The translations under genes were made by a program, and so were the position numbers. DNA of 57,771 bases, the filler included, from Sphacelaria rigidula (Eukaryota): assembly GCA_964200075.2 (NCBI GenBank). It is 7 parts of 7 records of this genome, joined end to end, with 100 filler letters (N's around TTAATTAATTAA, not from the genome) between each part and the next. Parts side by side here need not be neighbours in the genome. Positions count along the whole stretch, not along the records: positions 33,071 to 41,237 come from CAXNAA020012055.1; positions 41,338 to 49,504 come from CAXNAA020012056.1; 5 more parts are not named here. One strand, given 5' to 3'. The first letter of the stretch is position 1. Each line of letters opens with the position of its first letter. The notes under the pieces are model-generated. The model did not search any database. It saw only the letters and a list, made by a program, of their open reading frames with translations, and was not told where the DNA came from. Below are positions 34,014 to 47,480 of the stretch, in pieces.

Positions 34014-36462
34014 CTGCCGTTGGCATCGGCGTCAGCGCTCGCGGCCACGGCAAGATTTAGTTTGCAACAAGAGAAGCTGATGCATACTGTATACAGTTCG
34101 TCTTCAGGTTCTAAAATAATTTTTAAAAAACACTGCATAACTGCCGTGTTGTCTTGTGTTTAGTGTAGTACTCTGCACTTCATATACCACTGCAGAATTG
34201 TCTTGTGTTCAGTGTACTACCCTGTACTCCATATATTGGGGTCATGTTTTGAGCAGTTTTTCGAAAAAATTTCCTTGTTTTTTGAAAAGTTTGCCAAGTT
34301 TTGTTCCAAGTATTCCGAAAAAACGAGTGTTTTTTGTCACAGAAATCTAATGCCGAATCTGGAATAGCCTAAGATAACAACCAATTTAAAAATTGTAACG
34401 ACCTTCCTCTCTCACCATGGTTGAGCTCGGTCTTTTCTGTACTACGTTTTCCCTGTCCATCTCAACGCTTCCAACAGTGAGGCGTCTGACAAAAGAATGA
34501 GATAGGACGGTTGCGACAGTGTCGAAGTAAACACATGGATCAATTTGATAGAACTGCATGTCTCAAACGGACCAACAAGATTCCCCCTCCCCCCCAAACC
34601 CTCCCCAAGCGAACAACGGTTTGCTCAGGGTAGCGCTGTCAAAACAGACTCAAAACCTGTGTTTGAGGTTTACGCTGCCAACACCAACAACGCATGATAT
34701 GTCCCGATCTACGCGAGGAGTAAGTGCTCCATGCACTGTTCATTACGCATGCTGACGTTAGGCATATCTGCTTCTTCCGCTTGGATAGATAAATGGTGGG
34801 AAATACAGCAAGTTTACAACGCTCAAGCAACTTTGATTCCGAAAACAAGAAGACGAGGATAAGGTTGCATGCCTTGCTCGTCGATAGTTAGCAGTCGGCG
34901 TCAGCTCAACATGTACTACGTCAGCCATGCTGCTGCATGATGTGAGTGCTGCAGGGCCACACAGTGCCGAATGTCATGCTAGTGTTAGCCGCTGTGTTGC
35001 TGGCCTAGGTGCTGTGTGAATGTTGAATGTTGTTGCAGACCAATTATACGAGTTGGATGTTCGTTTGTGTTCTGATTGGCTCATTTGAACGTTTCAGGTA
35101 GGATTTGAAAATGAAAATGAAAACCGCATGGCACACACGAAATAGCAGACGGGGCATTTGCAAGTGCTCATTATATATAAAAAAAATGACTGCGGCAACG
35201 CAATGGCTTTGGGTGCATGTGCTGTCGAGAGCGGGGTGAAGACGTTTATTCATAGATTGCATTTTCTCAAGAAGAAAGCACAAAGAATTGCCTTGTATGA
35301 CCACACCTCTTGCTTTCGGTTCGTTTGTCCTGCCTTTTTTTATTTCTCTTTTTGTAGCCTTGTCCTTGGACCTTACCATCCTTTTTTGGTTCTTGTCGAG
35401 TATTGCCTGCGTTGCCTCCCCTTGTCTTGCTCTTCCCTGTCCTGACCATGTCGATATGCCGACCTGTGCAGTATCCCTAGTTGACCTATTTGGCCTCTTC
35501 TGGCTCGCGTAACATGTGATCGACGATTTCGACGTACGTCCTATATTTCGCCGACATGTTTGTGCAACCTCGTCCTGCAGGGCGTCGTGTTTGTCATGTC
35601 TGTTAACGAATTATTTCCCCCTCCTCGTATTCTGTCTCTTGTGCCACGGCTTGTGGCCACGGCGCTACATTCCTGGAAAAGATCTGATGTGAGAAACAAC
35701 AACAACAACGCTTAGAACCCGCGGATCCGCCCGTAGCCGACTGTTTGCTCTCGCGGCGGTTGGGACGATCCTATACGGAACACACCCGGTCGGGAATGAG
35801 AGGGAACGGCGGGTCCGGTGCGTTCAGTTACTTTTTCTTGAGCCCGCAGGAAGACTAGCCGAGATATGAAGACAGCTGCTACGACACCTCTCACTCGAAC
35901 AAACACTTCAAAAAAACCTTGTGCATGAGAAACAAACAACGCAAAATCAACAACCTCGACGGCGGCTCGGCCAACACATTATGCCTGTTCTTATGATAAG
36001 ACCTGGCGCGTGGAGGAAGAATCGCGGACGTTCCACATATCCCCTCTCATACTTTTAAATCTTGCCTCAAGACAAGCCTGCGTTCTCAAGGAGGTCCAAC
36101 CATGTTGCCTCTGGTCTTCCCGGCCGTGAAAGTTGATCACGCAGTCCATTGACTTTCTGTGAGAAGAAATGTTTGAACCGGCGCGTCAAAGACCCACAAC
36201 ATGACTTTTTCAAAACCTGCTGATGGTCTCAGCAACCTTTCTGCTCATCGAGAAGCAGATCGCATTCGAACTGCCGAATCAAATCGTTAGAAGCATACTG
36301 CACGGGTGAATTGTGACCAACTTACAACAGTTCCAAGTAAGTGTCACGGTTGAAGCAATTATTGCGTGCCAACTTCATCACACCATTTCTCTCGAAATAG
36401 TGATGACACCACACCCTGGACAATGGTTGGTATTGTCAAAACGTGTACTGCGTACAGTATGG

Positions 36463-36797
36463 TGGCTCAGTTCGTAACCTCGGAACCTACTGACGGTTGG
36501 GTCGTGGGTTTGAATCTCGGAGCGACCTGGGGTTTTTCCTGCCACAATGTTCGACAGTGGAGAGCGACTATGTCGTGGGTACACAAAATCCGATTTAACG
36601 GTCGACGAGGGAAAGGAACTGCTGAACCCCTCTCGCGATAAACAATTAGAGGCAAGCACCGCAGGAGGAAGGTGGAGTGCTAAAAACACATGAAAGAGAA
36701 AAACTCCTGCGCTGACCTTCCCCCTGTGTAACCCCGGCTGATGCGCCCACATATACCGAAAGGTGTACACCGGCGTCCAGAATGGATGGGGCGACAA
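36463..36797 (+). mobile_element. tRNA-derived SINE with 10-bp target-site duplication, inserted in a MITE
   Basis: TGGCTCAGTTCG (A box) and GGTTTGAATC (degenerate B box). Homologous to 19765-20210. Flanked by TACAGTATGG at 36453-36462 and 36798-36807. Confidence 0.8.
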
Positions 36798-37736
36798 TAC
36801 AGTATGGAATATATCGCCTATTGCAATAGCCGCAGTAGTCGATACTGTACGCAGTATACTTTTTGACTGTGTGAGCTGTCGTCATTATCCAGTGTGTGGA
36901 TGGCATTCTCGCTGTGCAAGCGTGTACGTCCCTCACAGTTACTCGGGCCTTACAGCACGGATATATCACCGCAAGCATAGGATTTGCGTAGAAAAACAAA
37001 CAGAAGAAACGTTCTTGAAGATTGAGCGCACGAAAACACTATAAAATACTTTTTCCAGATGTGATCATAGTGGACGCGTATACAATTGGGGGATAGTTTT
37101 GTTGAGGCTGTCATCGTCGCTCTGTTGCTATGCTTCACAGATCGTAATCCACATAATCATCTGGTGTAATTACTGACTGGACGGCAAGCCTCTCTACGTA
37201 GTCTAAATGAAATATATCACCATCTTCGTTAGTCACGCCTAGAGACATCACAGGAAACGAAGACTTGGGTGCAGGTAGCAAGCAACACCCCCTGAGATAG
37301 ATGGACGTAAATGAAACACGAAGTTATAAGTTGGATGGACAACATCTGGCAACTTTGTTGCAAGTGTAGGACAAATATGAGAATGTGATCAGAAAATGAT
37401 ATTCACTTTATTCTTGTTAGCAAACAGCACACAGTAGGTGGTATGTGAAACAATTGAAGAAAAAAGATCGCTAGGATATGGATGCACATAACAAGCAACA
37501 GCCGCAGTGGAGAAACGAGCGTAACGTACTCGTAGCATATGGTGAAGTTGGGTGGGCAATCTATCACCATTTCTATTCTATTCGTGGTACCAGTATCGAA
37601 GTGTGGGGGAGAAATTATATGTTTGCTGTATGCTTTCAAAACATTATACCAAGGGAAATCATTAAATTGAAAATGCATATTACGTGTCTAAATGACACGC
37701 CGCCCGCTCTCGCTTTTTCGCCATTTCCCCGCTCAC

Positions 37737-38343
37737 CGAGGCGATGAACGCCATGAACAGTAGCGTGGGCACGAACGTTTTGGTCAGCAGTCCTCGCCTC
37801 CCGAACACCCCAATGTCAACACCACCAGAATCAGCGTCATCGACGGCATCAGCATCATCCTGCCCACGTCTCTCCTTGTCAGAATCGTTGCCTTCAGTCC
37901 CCACACGACCACCAACATCAACAGCACCATGAAAGTTGCGGCCGCTCGCTCCACACGCAGACTGCTCGCCACCGGCCAATTTGCTGGGCAGCAAAAGACG
38001 GATTTTACCGCCATCCTCAACATCACCATCACCATGTTCTCCACCGATGTTACGATTAGCCACACCGGTGAACGAACTCTCGTTCCTGATATTTTTCATA
38101 CCATGATTCCCCATAGCGCCCCCCGCCGTTGTTGAGGTTGTTGCGGGTTCTGCTGCTTTCGCCGCCGCTAGTTTTTCCATTGTGTCCTCCGTATCAGCAG
38201 AGGGCTCTAGGGGGGTGAAGTCATAACCTCCGGGCGTCAGTACAGGGGGGCTAACTTTGGCGATGAGAGTGCCCGATGTCGTCTTTCGGTGGATGTTGTC
38301 GCCTTTCTCGCTCACAGCCGGTGGACTACACAATGACGAAGAC
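37737..38343 (-). CDS. MFS transporter, next exon (large central cytoplasmic loop and start of TM7)
   Basis: Acceptor gaatcag|G is phase-compatible with the 40239 donor. Open for 202 codons ending GLLTKTFVPTLLFMAFIAS. Donor TCG|gtgagc. Confidence 0.68.
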
Positions 38344-40238
38344 CTGATTCAGACGGGTGCGGCCGGGTGGCAATAGGCAAGAGGGGACGAGGAAGGCTTC
38401 TTCACCTTGCTTCTCTGTAGGCACAGCTTTGTCAAGAATATTGGAGTGACTGTCGTTCTCGCCTTGGTTACAAATGTCAACATTGGAAATGATCACTCGA
38501 GAAAATCTTGAGATTTCGTTCATGGTACAAGCTGAAGCGTGACTTCATCAACTCCCTGCCCCACGAGATGCTGCTTATGGGTGCAAGAGGTGGCCACTAC
38601 TCTAGAAAAAACTATACCATATCCTGGGGTGCTGTGATGGGGCGTCTACGCATTCGACATGCGTTTTTACTTCTTGTTATTCACATCCTCTCCCTTTTGT
38701 GTATTGCTTTGCTCTGCTTTTTCGTTTCAATACGTCTGTCCCTCCGTTTCTTCATCTGTTCCTTCCAGCGACGGTTGCCATTTGTTCCCCTTGGGGATGT
38801 ATATCTTGTGGACAATGACCACGACTGGATTCATCGAACATACGTCATGGTGCGTGCTTACAGTGGCATTCGAGTAAGGATACACATGCGCCAGCAGATG
38901 TCACGGGGTGAAATTGTTCACATGCTCTCAATCTATTAGAATAAAAAATACAGTGAGGCCGGGCGTGTTGATCTAAATTGACCACCTGGTCAGTCGCGAA
39001 GGGCGGAGAACGGGAGGGGGACATGGAGAGGGACCCTTGTCTTTAGGGCCATCGACTGTACCGTGGTCTGCTTTCGTGGCGTCGATAGTGGCGACTGGTG
39101 GCAGGGAACGCTGAAGATGCACTTTCCATTTGGTTATACTACTCAGATAAATCAGAGGGGGGAAACGGAAGAAAGCATCACGCGGGTGGTGATTCCACCT
39201 CCCGACGATCCAGTATCACTGCACAGCATTCATTCCGTCACTGCGAAAGGATACCGCCCTGAATATCAAGCGATGCTGTCGACCAAGTATCTCGCGAGAC
39301 ATGAGCGACAAGATGTGCCAAAGCAACATTTATGGGCATGGTAAATACGAGCAATGATGAACGTCCAGATGAAGCAGGCAACGTTACTTCTTCTTTTTCA
39401 ACTGTCGAAAAACAAACAAATCGAGCGAATGTCGAACAATATCAGGTACCACGCCGAGGCAGATATAAACCTGTGACAATCACTCATGAACCGGGCAGTA
39501 CCGATTAGTGGGATCAAGCGACGATCACGATCCTACAACACGAACGGACGGTAACGACCAACCAAGACGGTGGTCATATCCGGGAGTCAAGCGGTGAAGA
39601 GCGGGAAGAGGTTCACAGCACGAAGAAGCTAAGTAATGAAGCAATGGCAGTTACCGGAAGGCGAAGCAATGGTAACGAGGAGTGGTACTTCGTGAAAGAG
39701 ACGAGCAAACTCAAGTGACGGTTTTTGTACCACTAGTGTTTTCACGTTCGATCTTGATAAATGGACCTAGCTACTTGAGATATTTCTCAATCATCCACAT
39801 ATTCATTTGTACCAATGTAAATAATGGCATCTTGTTCAGCTACAGGGAGTGGTGAATTTTGTTTTTGTTGTTGGTGTTATTGATTCCCAAACATCAGATT
39901 GCATTCTCCGACTAAAATGAAAAATTACGCTTGAAACAAAATCATACGTCCAAAATAAATCTAAAAACATATGATTCCATGCAGAAACTATGAAGTTGGA
40001 AAAAATAATGTTTTGAAAACCAAAACGATTGAGTATAATCGTGCAGATATTGATCCTAATGCTACATTTTCAACCTACCACAAGTTGTTCTCAAAAGCAG
40101 ATACAATTGTTGAGAAAGTGAAAGAGACGAGCAGACTCAGGCGTGACCGATTGGGGCTAGCTATCTAGGGAGTACAAGGGAGATGTTGATGGCGAAACAT
40201 CCCCCGTCTCGTCTCTTCTTTCCATTTCCCTCTCTCAC

Positions 40239-40373
40239 TTTTGTGCTTTGGAGTGAGCGCCTCCGCGACGGTCGAGCTTTAGCTTGTCTGTTTCGGGTAT
40301 GCAGAAGATGATGAGCGGCACAGCAATGACAGTCAGACCCGCTGGTATCAAGTTGGGTAAGAGGTACGGGAAC
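40239..40373 (-). CDS. MFS transporter (ZIFL/zinc-induced facilitator-like), internal exon
   Basis: caacag|G TTC CCG TAC gives RFPYLLPNLIPAGLTVIAVPLIIFCIPET, the FPYxLP...PET signature of TM6 in this MFS group. Donor AA|gtgaga, phase 2. Confidence 0.75.
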
Positions 40374-42617
40374 CTGTTGTCGTTAAGATAAACGCGACGG
40401 GGGAAAACATGGAGAAGGAGCGGAGAGTTGAGCAAAAGCAAAAAAACAACAAAAATAGTCAGGAAGCCTTACAACGGGTCAGCGTATCGCACAGTCCAAG
40501 TCCGAGCTTTGATTGGGGGGGGCGTCCACATAATCTGCACAATCTGGAGTATCTCTTATTTTACACAGGTGAGTCAACATCCCTGTCGTACCGATCTCTG
40601 CAGTGCCGAGTAGACAACGTTTGGAGGGTTCCTGGAAATTTCTGTTTCCAGTAGTTACGGACCGCGACCGAATGCTCTTGTCGGTATCTTTCAAACGTAC
40701 ACAGTTCTCGTAAACATTCCATTGTTTTCCCATCATGACTCATTGTCGCACATACGATAGTTGGTCTGTAACGAATCCTGTTGCAGCCGTCAAAATACGC
40801 ATATCGGGGGTACGGGAAAGAACGCAACAACCCCCTGAAGAAAACATGAAATGAGATGAAAAAATGAAAACAAGCATGGAGGACACAAGACATGGTAAAC
40901 GAGGAAAAATATTAAAGACGGGAAAAAAAACGAACAAACCGACGACAAGAACGGAAGACGAGAAGAGGAGAGGCGCTGGGCGAAGGGCTACTAGCGGCGT
41001 CGAGAAAAATAGAGACAGCCCTCGGGCTGGAAGTCGGATGGGTAAACCGTACGAGATGCCGCGACTGAGCCATCCGGGGGTCACATTACTATATGAGCAG
41101 GAACTGCTACCGACCAGCTGCGGGAGAGCGGGATACCATCACCAACACGGTTTAGCCACACAAGGAGAAAAAGAGATCAAATGTAGCAGAAAAAAAAATG
41201 GAAAAAAGAAAGGGGGGGGGCGGGGGGGTACTAATTTNNNNNNNNNNNNNNNNNNNNNNNNNNNNNNNNNNNNNNNNNNNNTTAATTAATTAANNNNNNN
41301 NNNNNNNNNNNNNNNNNNNNNNNNNNNNNNNNNNNNNTAGTTTCCGTCAGCGCTGTAAGCTCACAGAGTCGATAAAATGCGCTGAAAAAGTATCTACGCG
41401 ATCGAGGGGCATTAGGCCGACGAAAAAGTCATCGGGCACCATCGCTGAAAGTGTGGAGAAAGTACTGTTGTTTTGGGCTCGAACCTCATTTCATTGATGA
41501 ACCTCATTTTATAGAATTCTCTGTTACATGGTAAAATGTACGCTCCTTCCCGGTTTTTCCCGGCCCACCCGATGTTAGTGAAAATTACTACGTTTTAGTA
41601 TAGGATTGGGACCCGAAAAACACTTGGGAAAAACTCGGGATACTGAGTGCAAGTAATACCATAAAACCAAGCCGCGACCACGCTGCACTTAGAAACCTGG
41701 GGAGGCTTATCTGGGCAAGGGATAGGGCCCCCACACGATCTATGCACTGATATCACACTCGAGAACAATCCTTGCGCTGGTTGTTCGGGTCTGGTCGATA
41801 ATTTTCGCCTCGCCGTGATTGGGCAGGTCGCTCGAGGACTTATTTTTAACTATTTCACTAACATAAGTGGGGGTCCGGTCCCAAAGGGTCAACAGCCGAC
41901 TGTCGAAATTGTGGATGGAGCTTTCACTGAGGATGAGAACCCAAAGGATTGAAATCTTCGTATCCACACCAAGTCTTCGAAATATGGTTCCATTCCTTCA
42001 CCTACTTGTAGCTATCGACAACTACTACACGCCCTACAATTTTTTATTTCGATACCCGAAATGTGGCTTGGGGTCCTGGATGAGAAGCAATTCAGGGGAA
42101 GTCAGGTGATCCGATCGGATCGCCGAATTCCCCTGAAGTTTGTTGTTCACCTAGGACCCCAACATTTCGATTATTGACCAGTTATTACTAGGCGTTACTG
42201 TATGCGCACAGATCGTGGCAACTCTTTAGTGCGTCTGAAGTTCAGAGTTTGGAGATGAGACTCTTCAGCGCCACATTTTGTGTCGTGCTCGGCGTGAGGT
42301 ATCATGCCGTTTCGCTGCCGTAGTCAAGCCCAATCTTGCGCCGAGCAAATTTGACAGCTGCGAAGTGTTTCAAACCTTTCAATGGTGCTCAGGGATATGG
42401 TAGGGTATAGAGTAGGGCAAGGTAGGGTGAGTGAAAGGGGTACTCTCGTACGCAGCGCAGTTGAGCACGGTTTATTCGTGATGCTACAGGTATTCATTAT
42501 CTCACTAGTTTCAGCAGTCGACACCATGTTTACCCGGAAGAATTGGGTACCACTAAACGAGGGACGTTTATAAGTTTCCCCCACGACAAGCTGGGAATTG
42601 AAAACCGCCCGAGGCCT

Positions 42618-42827
42618 GAGGTACCTCAGGGCACGAACCCAGTCATGAGCACATTTGCACCTCAAGCTCATAGTCAATATCTATTCGCAAGAAAAGAAAA
42701 GAAACAGCGAGATTTGAGACCGGAGGTACCTCAGGGCACGAACCCAGTCATGAGCACATTTGCACCTCAAGCTCACAGTCAATATCTATTCGCAAGAAAA
42801 GAAAAGAAACAGCGAGATTTGAGACCG
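42618..42827. repeat. Recent tandem duplication, 2 x 105 bp
   Basis: gaggtacctcagggcacgaacc...gagatttgagaccg at 42618 and 42723, with one visible mismatch. Confidence 0.92.
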
Positions 42828-44277
42828 GGCCTGAATCCCTTAAAAAAATGAAACTTCGGCATCACTCCTCGCTGTAACCCATGACTGACACGGTTCAAGC
42901 CCTGAAGCATGGGGAACAAGTGCTTTCAAATGACCGCCGCCGCACGCGTCCGTGACATGACATGTACATCATGTTCCTGACTCGGTTTCAAGATGTCCGT
43001 ATGATATTTACTCGTGCCCGACTTCGAGAAAGGGTCAACGTGTAACGTCAGATTCATTGCATCTTGTTCACCGTCTGATTCAAGGGTGGTGACATGAGAT
43101 TCGTGCTCGCTTCAAACACCGTCGTGAGAGATTGCCTTCCTCGTGAAAAATCCTTCATTAAGAACGTAACCAGATACGAAAAATGATCACCTCATGAGTC
43201 CGGCAAGCATGTCCCACGATTGACGACGACAACAACAATCTGGAGAAAAAACAAGTATTGGACAACACGGATGCCTGAGTGACTTCCGCGGAACTGCACC
43301 GACAGCACCGGATACGCCCACATCATGGCAAGGTTGGTCTATCATATTTTATGCACTACGCAAAAAAAACGTACTGGCACTCTGCGCTATTCCCCGCACC
43401 GCCAACCTGAAAGGAACAGAACGTTTAATACGGGAGATGAAAGGTGGCATGAATCACACCCGCAAACGGGTATCCCAACACACGACACCTGCGCAACGAA
43501 ACAAATCACAGATTACCATTCTATCCCCGGCGCGCACCCGGCGGTGGAGAAGGGGGATGAGGGGTTCCAGTACTGTAAACGCTATGACAGGAGCAACACT
43601 TTCGACAAATTTACAAAACCAGGTAACCTATGATGGACGCACGTCGGATTGGCGCCACCATCAAACACCTTACACTACAGCGCTCAAGGGTAATTAACAA
43701 GTACAGGAATTCCCCCCGACCGCCCCCCCGCCGCCCTCCCCCCTCCTCCTCCACGCACTGGACCCCCGGGCCTGACCTTTGCACTTGTTTCCAAGGGATG
43801 AATCACCGACTGCCTCACGTTCGAGGAAGGGCCAGGCAACGGACAAACACTGCGAACACGACAGCTGCTCTTGATTCGTGCGCGCCTCGCATACTGTACA
43901 ACGGCCAAACAGATTCAAAAATAACCAACTACAAAACAACGGCCCGCCGTTTCTTCAAGGCGACAGCCCCCTCACTCTACAACGCGGGAACTTCAGCTTG
44001 TCAACATCGAAAAAAAATGAAAACCCAACCGAATGTTCCTCCAGCAAAACAACTCCCTAGGGCTATGGCACGATCGAACGAAAAAAAACGAAAAGAAAAA
44101 GGGGCAAAGATTACAAAGAAAAAATACTAGTCTTGTGGCCGCGTACGTCAGCAGCAAATAAAAAAAGTCACAAGCCTCTGAACGAGAATAAAGCAAGACA
44201 AACAAGAGAAACTTGCCATACCCCACAACTGAGCTGCGCACCACTGCTCATCTATCCGACACGTGAGGATAAACTTA

Positions 44278-44667
44278 TCATATCCGACCGCTGCCACCAC
44301 TGCTATCCATGCCCATCTCCACGTTTGCCCAACCCCCCGCCCCGCCTAGACCCTCCCCCTCGCCCCCAAGCCCCCCGCCCATGCCCATGCCCATGTGCAT
44401 CCCGCTGCCCTGAGACAAATACTTGCTGTCGCCAGCGGGGCCATGGCCATGAGAGCTGTCGCTTCTAGAGGCGTCAAACTTGCCGAACGATCCCGTTCCC
44501 TCTGATGATGAAGCAGCGGACGGGGTTCGATCGTGTGGAGAGAACGTCGTTCGTGTGCCAGCCCCGTCCCCGCCGCTACCGTTCGCACCGGTGGCGGTAC
44601 CCGCGCTGCTGCCGCCGCAGCCACTGTTGCAGTTCATCTGGCCGCATACATACTTGTTGCAGACGCC
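44278..44667 (-). CDS. Unknown alpha-helical protein, last exon (Gly/Ser-rich tail)
   Basis: Acceptor gatag|GGC in phase 0. GVCNKYVCGQMNCNSGCGG...GRI*; 390 bp including the stop. Confidence 0.68.
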   Translation of the reverse strand, partial: GVCNKYVCGQMNCNSGCGGSSAGTATGANGSGGDGAGTRTTFSPHDRTPSAASSSEGTGSFGKFDASRSDSSHGHGPAGDSKYLSQGSGMHMGMGMGGGLGGEGEGLGGAGGWANVEMGMDSSGGSGRI

Positions 44668-45303
44668 CTATCAATGATGAGTGATAAGTTTCATTGAAGA
44701 GGGGAAGGGGGGGGGGACGAGGTATTTACTTACATCTTATTTTTCAATGCACCTACCTCGTGAATGATGTGGAGACCCCACGTGCCATTGCCCAGATATC
44801 GCGGGGGGGAAGATTGTGATTTGAGCCCTGCTTCGTTTCACTATCATCGCACTGAAGTACTATACGTGACCCTTATGCTGTAGAGGGGAAATCTGCAGAG
44901 ACTTGTTTGGGAAAGCTGTCATCAAAGTCTGGACAGCTCCAGTGTCCTGCTTCAATGCTATTCATGGGAAACGATGAATTACGTTTTTGACTGTGAAGTG
45001 AACGGTGATTTGTGAGGCCATGCATATCGAGCCAAGACGTTTGTAACACGATTCTGATGTGCGAATGGTCCTACAATGAACTCCGAAGTCCACTCCGTCA
45101 TGCCGTAAGCTAAACAGGAGTTCAGGGTTGCACTTGACGCCCCAGTACAAGGTTCGATAGGGTACACCTCAGGTAAACGATAATTCAATTATCGTGAAAT
45201 ATTCCCATGTACCCTCCGCGGGCTCTTCAAAACCGAGCACGGGCGGACACACCATGGGAGTGAGACACGTGAACCATGGGCGTTTCCATGTTATATATCT
45301 CAC

Positions 45304-45435
45304 TTGCACGCCCTGCCAGAATCGCTTGTAGTCCGCCAATCGCTCCCTGAACCGCTGAAGCAACCGCGGCTTGTTAGCGAACGCCACGAATTTCTCCACC
45401 AGATCTGCTTTTCTCAACAGGACGTCAAAAATCAC
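45304..45435 (-). CDS. Unknown alpha-helical protein, internal exon
   Basis: ctccag|VIFDVLLRKADLVEKFVAFANKPRLLQRFRERLADYKRFWQGVQ|gtgaga; 132 bp, phase 0/0. Confidence 0.78.
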
Positions 45436-46679
45436 CTGGAGCATAACGAGAAACGGGAAGAGATGAAGCGGATGACGACGAAAATTGAGTCCCGGGGGAG
45501 GTACATACAGTACCATCAGCTGCTTGATCATCATGACGGACGACGTAAAACGACACGGGGGCTACCGCTACGGCGTGTAAGAAATGAAGTTACTGAAGGA
45601 TTCGATTTCCGGCTTGTTGCGTGGAAGCAGTACCATCATCACCGGTTCATCTGCGTGCACTACTTGCGCTAAGCATACGGAGTAGATCATATATATTTTG
45701 ACGTCGAATTGTGGCTTCAAATATCAACGATGTAGTGGTCATATTTATCGATCATTGGCCTCTCACACAAGCTGCATAATACAAAGGTTATGACATACAT
45801 ACATGGGTAGTGCACTTGTTTCTGTTCTGATTTTCCCATATTAGAATGTATATGAAAATAATAAAAAATAAGTCGTCCGTGATCCACAGACGGTGCAGTT
45901 GGGTATTATTACAAAATATATACATAGATAGTGCACTTTGTTCATGTTCCGATTGTGTCCCATACTAAAATATATATGAAAACAATCCCAATTGCACCGT
46001 CTGTGTGTCACAAATGATGACGAATGTCCCAGGGAGTGCACTACCTTTGTATATATGTCATAACCTTTGGCACAATACAATGCCTTCATCGACTCCTCTT
46101 CTCCACGGCACGAGGGACAAGTGGTTCGGACCTCGGTTGATTTCACCATTCCAGGACATTTTGAAGCACACTGATGGACATATCGTGCAACAAGATGATG
46201 GAGATTCAACGATTCCAGTACACGGTACGAGTATTCAGGGGCAAGTACATGGACATTAGTGCACACACACAAGGAGATACATGTTCAGGCACACAAGAGA
46301 GGTACCGTTTCGAACATGACGAGAGTTGCTGCAAGCACCGCTAGCACAGTTAGAGATCTTGGAGGGAAAATACCCAATACCAGAACCATGTACGAGTACA
46401 AGGCAGGAGAGCACGGAGGACTTGCACAGGATCATGACAATACAATTCGACTCATTATGGCAAATGACGCAGGCGTAAATCCTCCAGGACCCCTACACTG
46501 TTTTGAGCCAAGCATGCGAACGCTCGGGGCGTCTACCCCACATGACTGCCATGAGGCGGTCTAGCCGACTCCGGGTAATCCGCACATGAACCCCCTTGCG
46601 GGGGTAGGTATTGGATTGGGTTTCCTCCCTTCGACAAAAACAAAAGTTATCATCGACTGATGAAAGAATTGAGTCGTAC

Positions 46680-46769
46680 CTCACTGTTTGCCCAAAACAA
46701 TGCTAGCTGCTCCAGCACATTGTCCACCTCGTGGAGCATCTGTAATGCGCGTTGGACCTCGGTGATCAC
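46680..46769 (-). CDS. Unknown alpha-helical protein, internal exon
   Basis: ctgtcag|VITEVQRALQMLHEVDNVLEQLALFWANSE|gtacga; 90 bp, phase 0/0. Confidence 0.75.
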
Positions 46770-47310
46770 CTGACAGACAACGGACGAGAGACGCCATCCG
46801 GTAACAAGAAGCAGCAGAGAAAAATGACGTTGATCGGTTGGTGATGGTTTTAGCACGTTGACTGCGCTGTCCCGCTACGAACGCAGTCGAGACACAAGAT
46901 AGACGTGCCGGAGATCAGAAAACGAGAACACTCAGCTACAGAAAATTCAAGGAAGTGGAGAGATGCGAAGCGAGAGAGAGGGAGAGCCATGAGAGTAAAC
47001 TGAGGGAGAATGAAGAAGAAAATGAAGCTACAGGAAAGAAAGATTTTGAAGAAAAAAACGACGGCAGGGAACGTGTGCTACGGGTCCTGAGTAAAATGAA
47101 AAGAAATGACAAGACTCTACATCACGCTTCAGGTACGGACGGCGTTCAGCAGGGGGTAAGTGCATTAAAGAAAACTTCGCGAAAAAGGTTACTTTTTTTT
47201 TCGCACTGTGAACCTCTCCCCTTCCTCGGGATTAGTCCGTGGTCTCAAGGGATCAATCCATCTCTTCCCCGGTATGCGCCTTCCATTTTGGTCTCGCGGA
47301 NNNNNNNNNN

Positions 47311-47480
47311 CTCACGTCACACAAATCCAGTCGACTGCTTTGTTTACTCACGTTCTCACGCTTACCACGGTGGAAATCATCCATTACGAAGAAAGAAAAC
47401 AACGCATCGGGAATCGAACCCTCGTTCTCTTCACCCTAATGGCGACAGTCGGACCAATGCACCACCGGGTCGCAGCGGCA
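47311..47480 (-). mobile_element. tRNA-derived SINE head, second family, next to a 10-N scaffold gap (47301-47310)
   Basis: Minus strand gccgctgcgacccggTGGTGCATTGG (A box)...GGTTCGATTCCC (B box); no closed acceptor stem. Confidence 0.6.

Noticed and set aside
34414-34485. Small exon-like segment (tgtcag|...ATG|gtgaga) inside the MFS region
   Set aside because: The peptide is hydrophilic and cannot be fitted to the transporter or to neighbouring exon phases.
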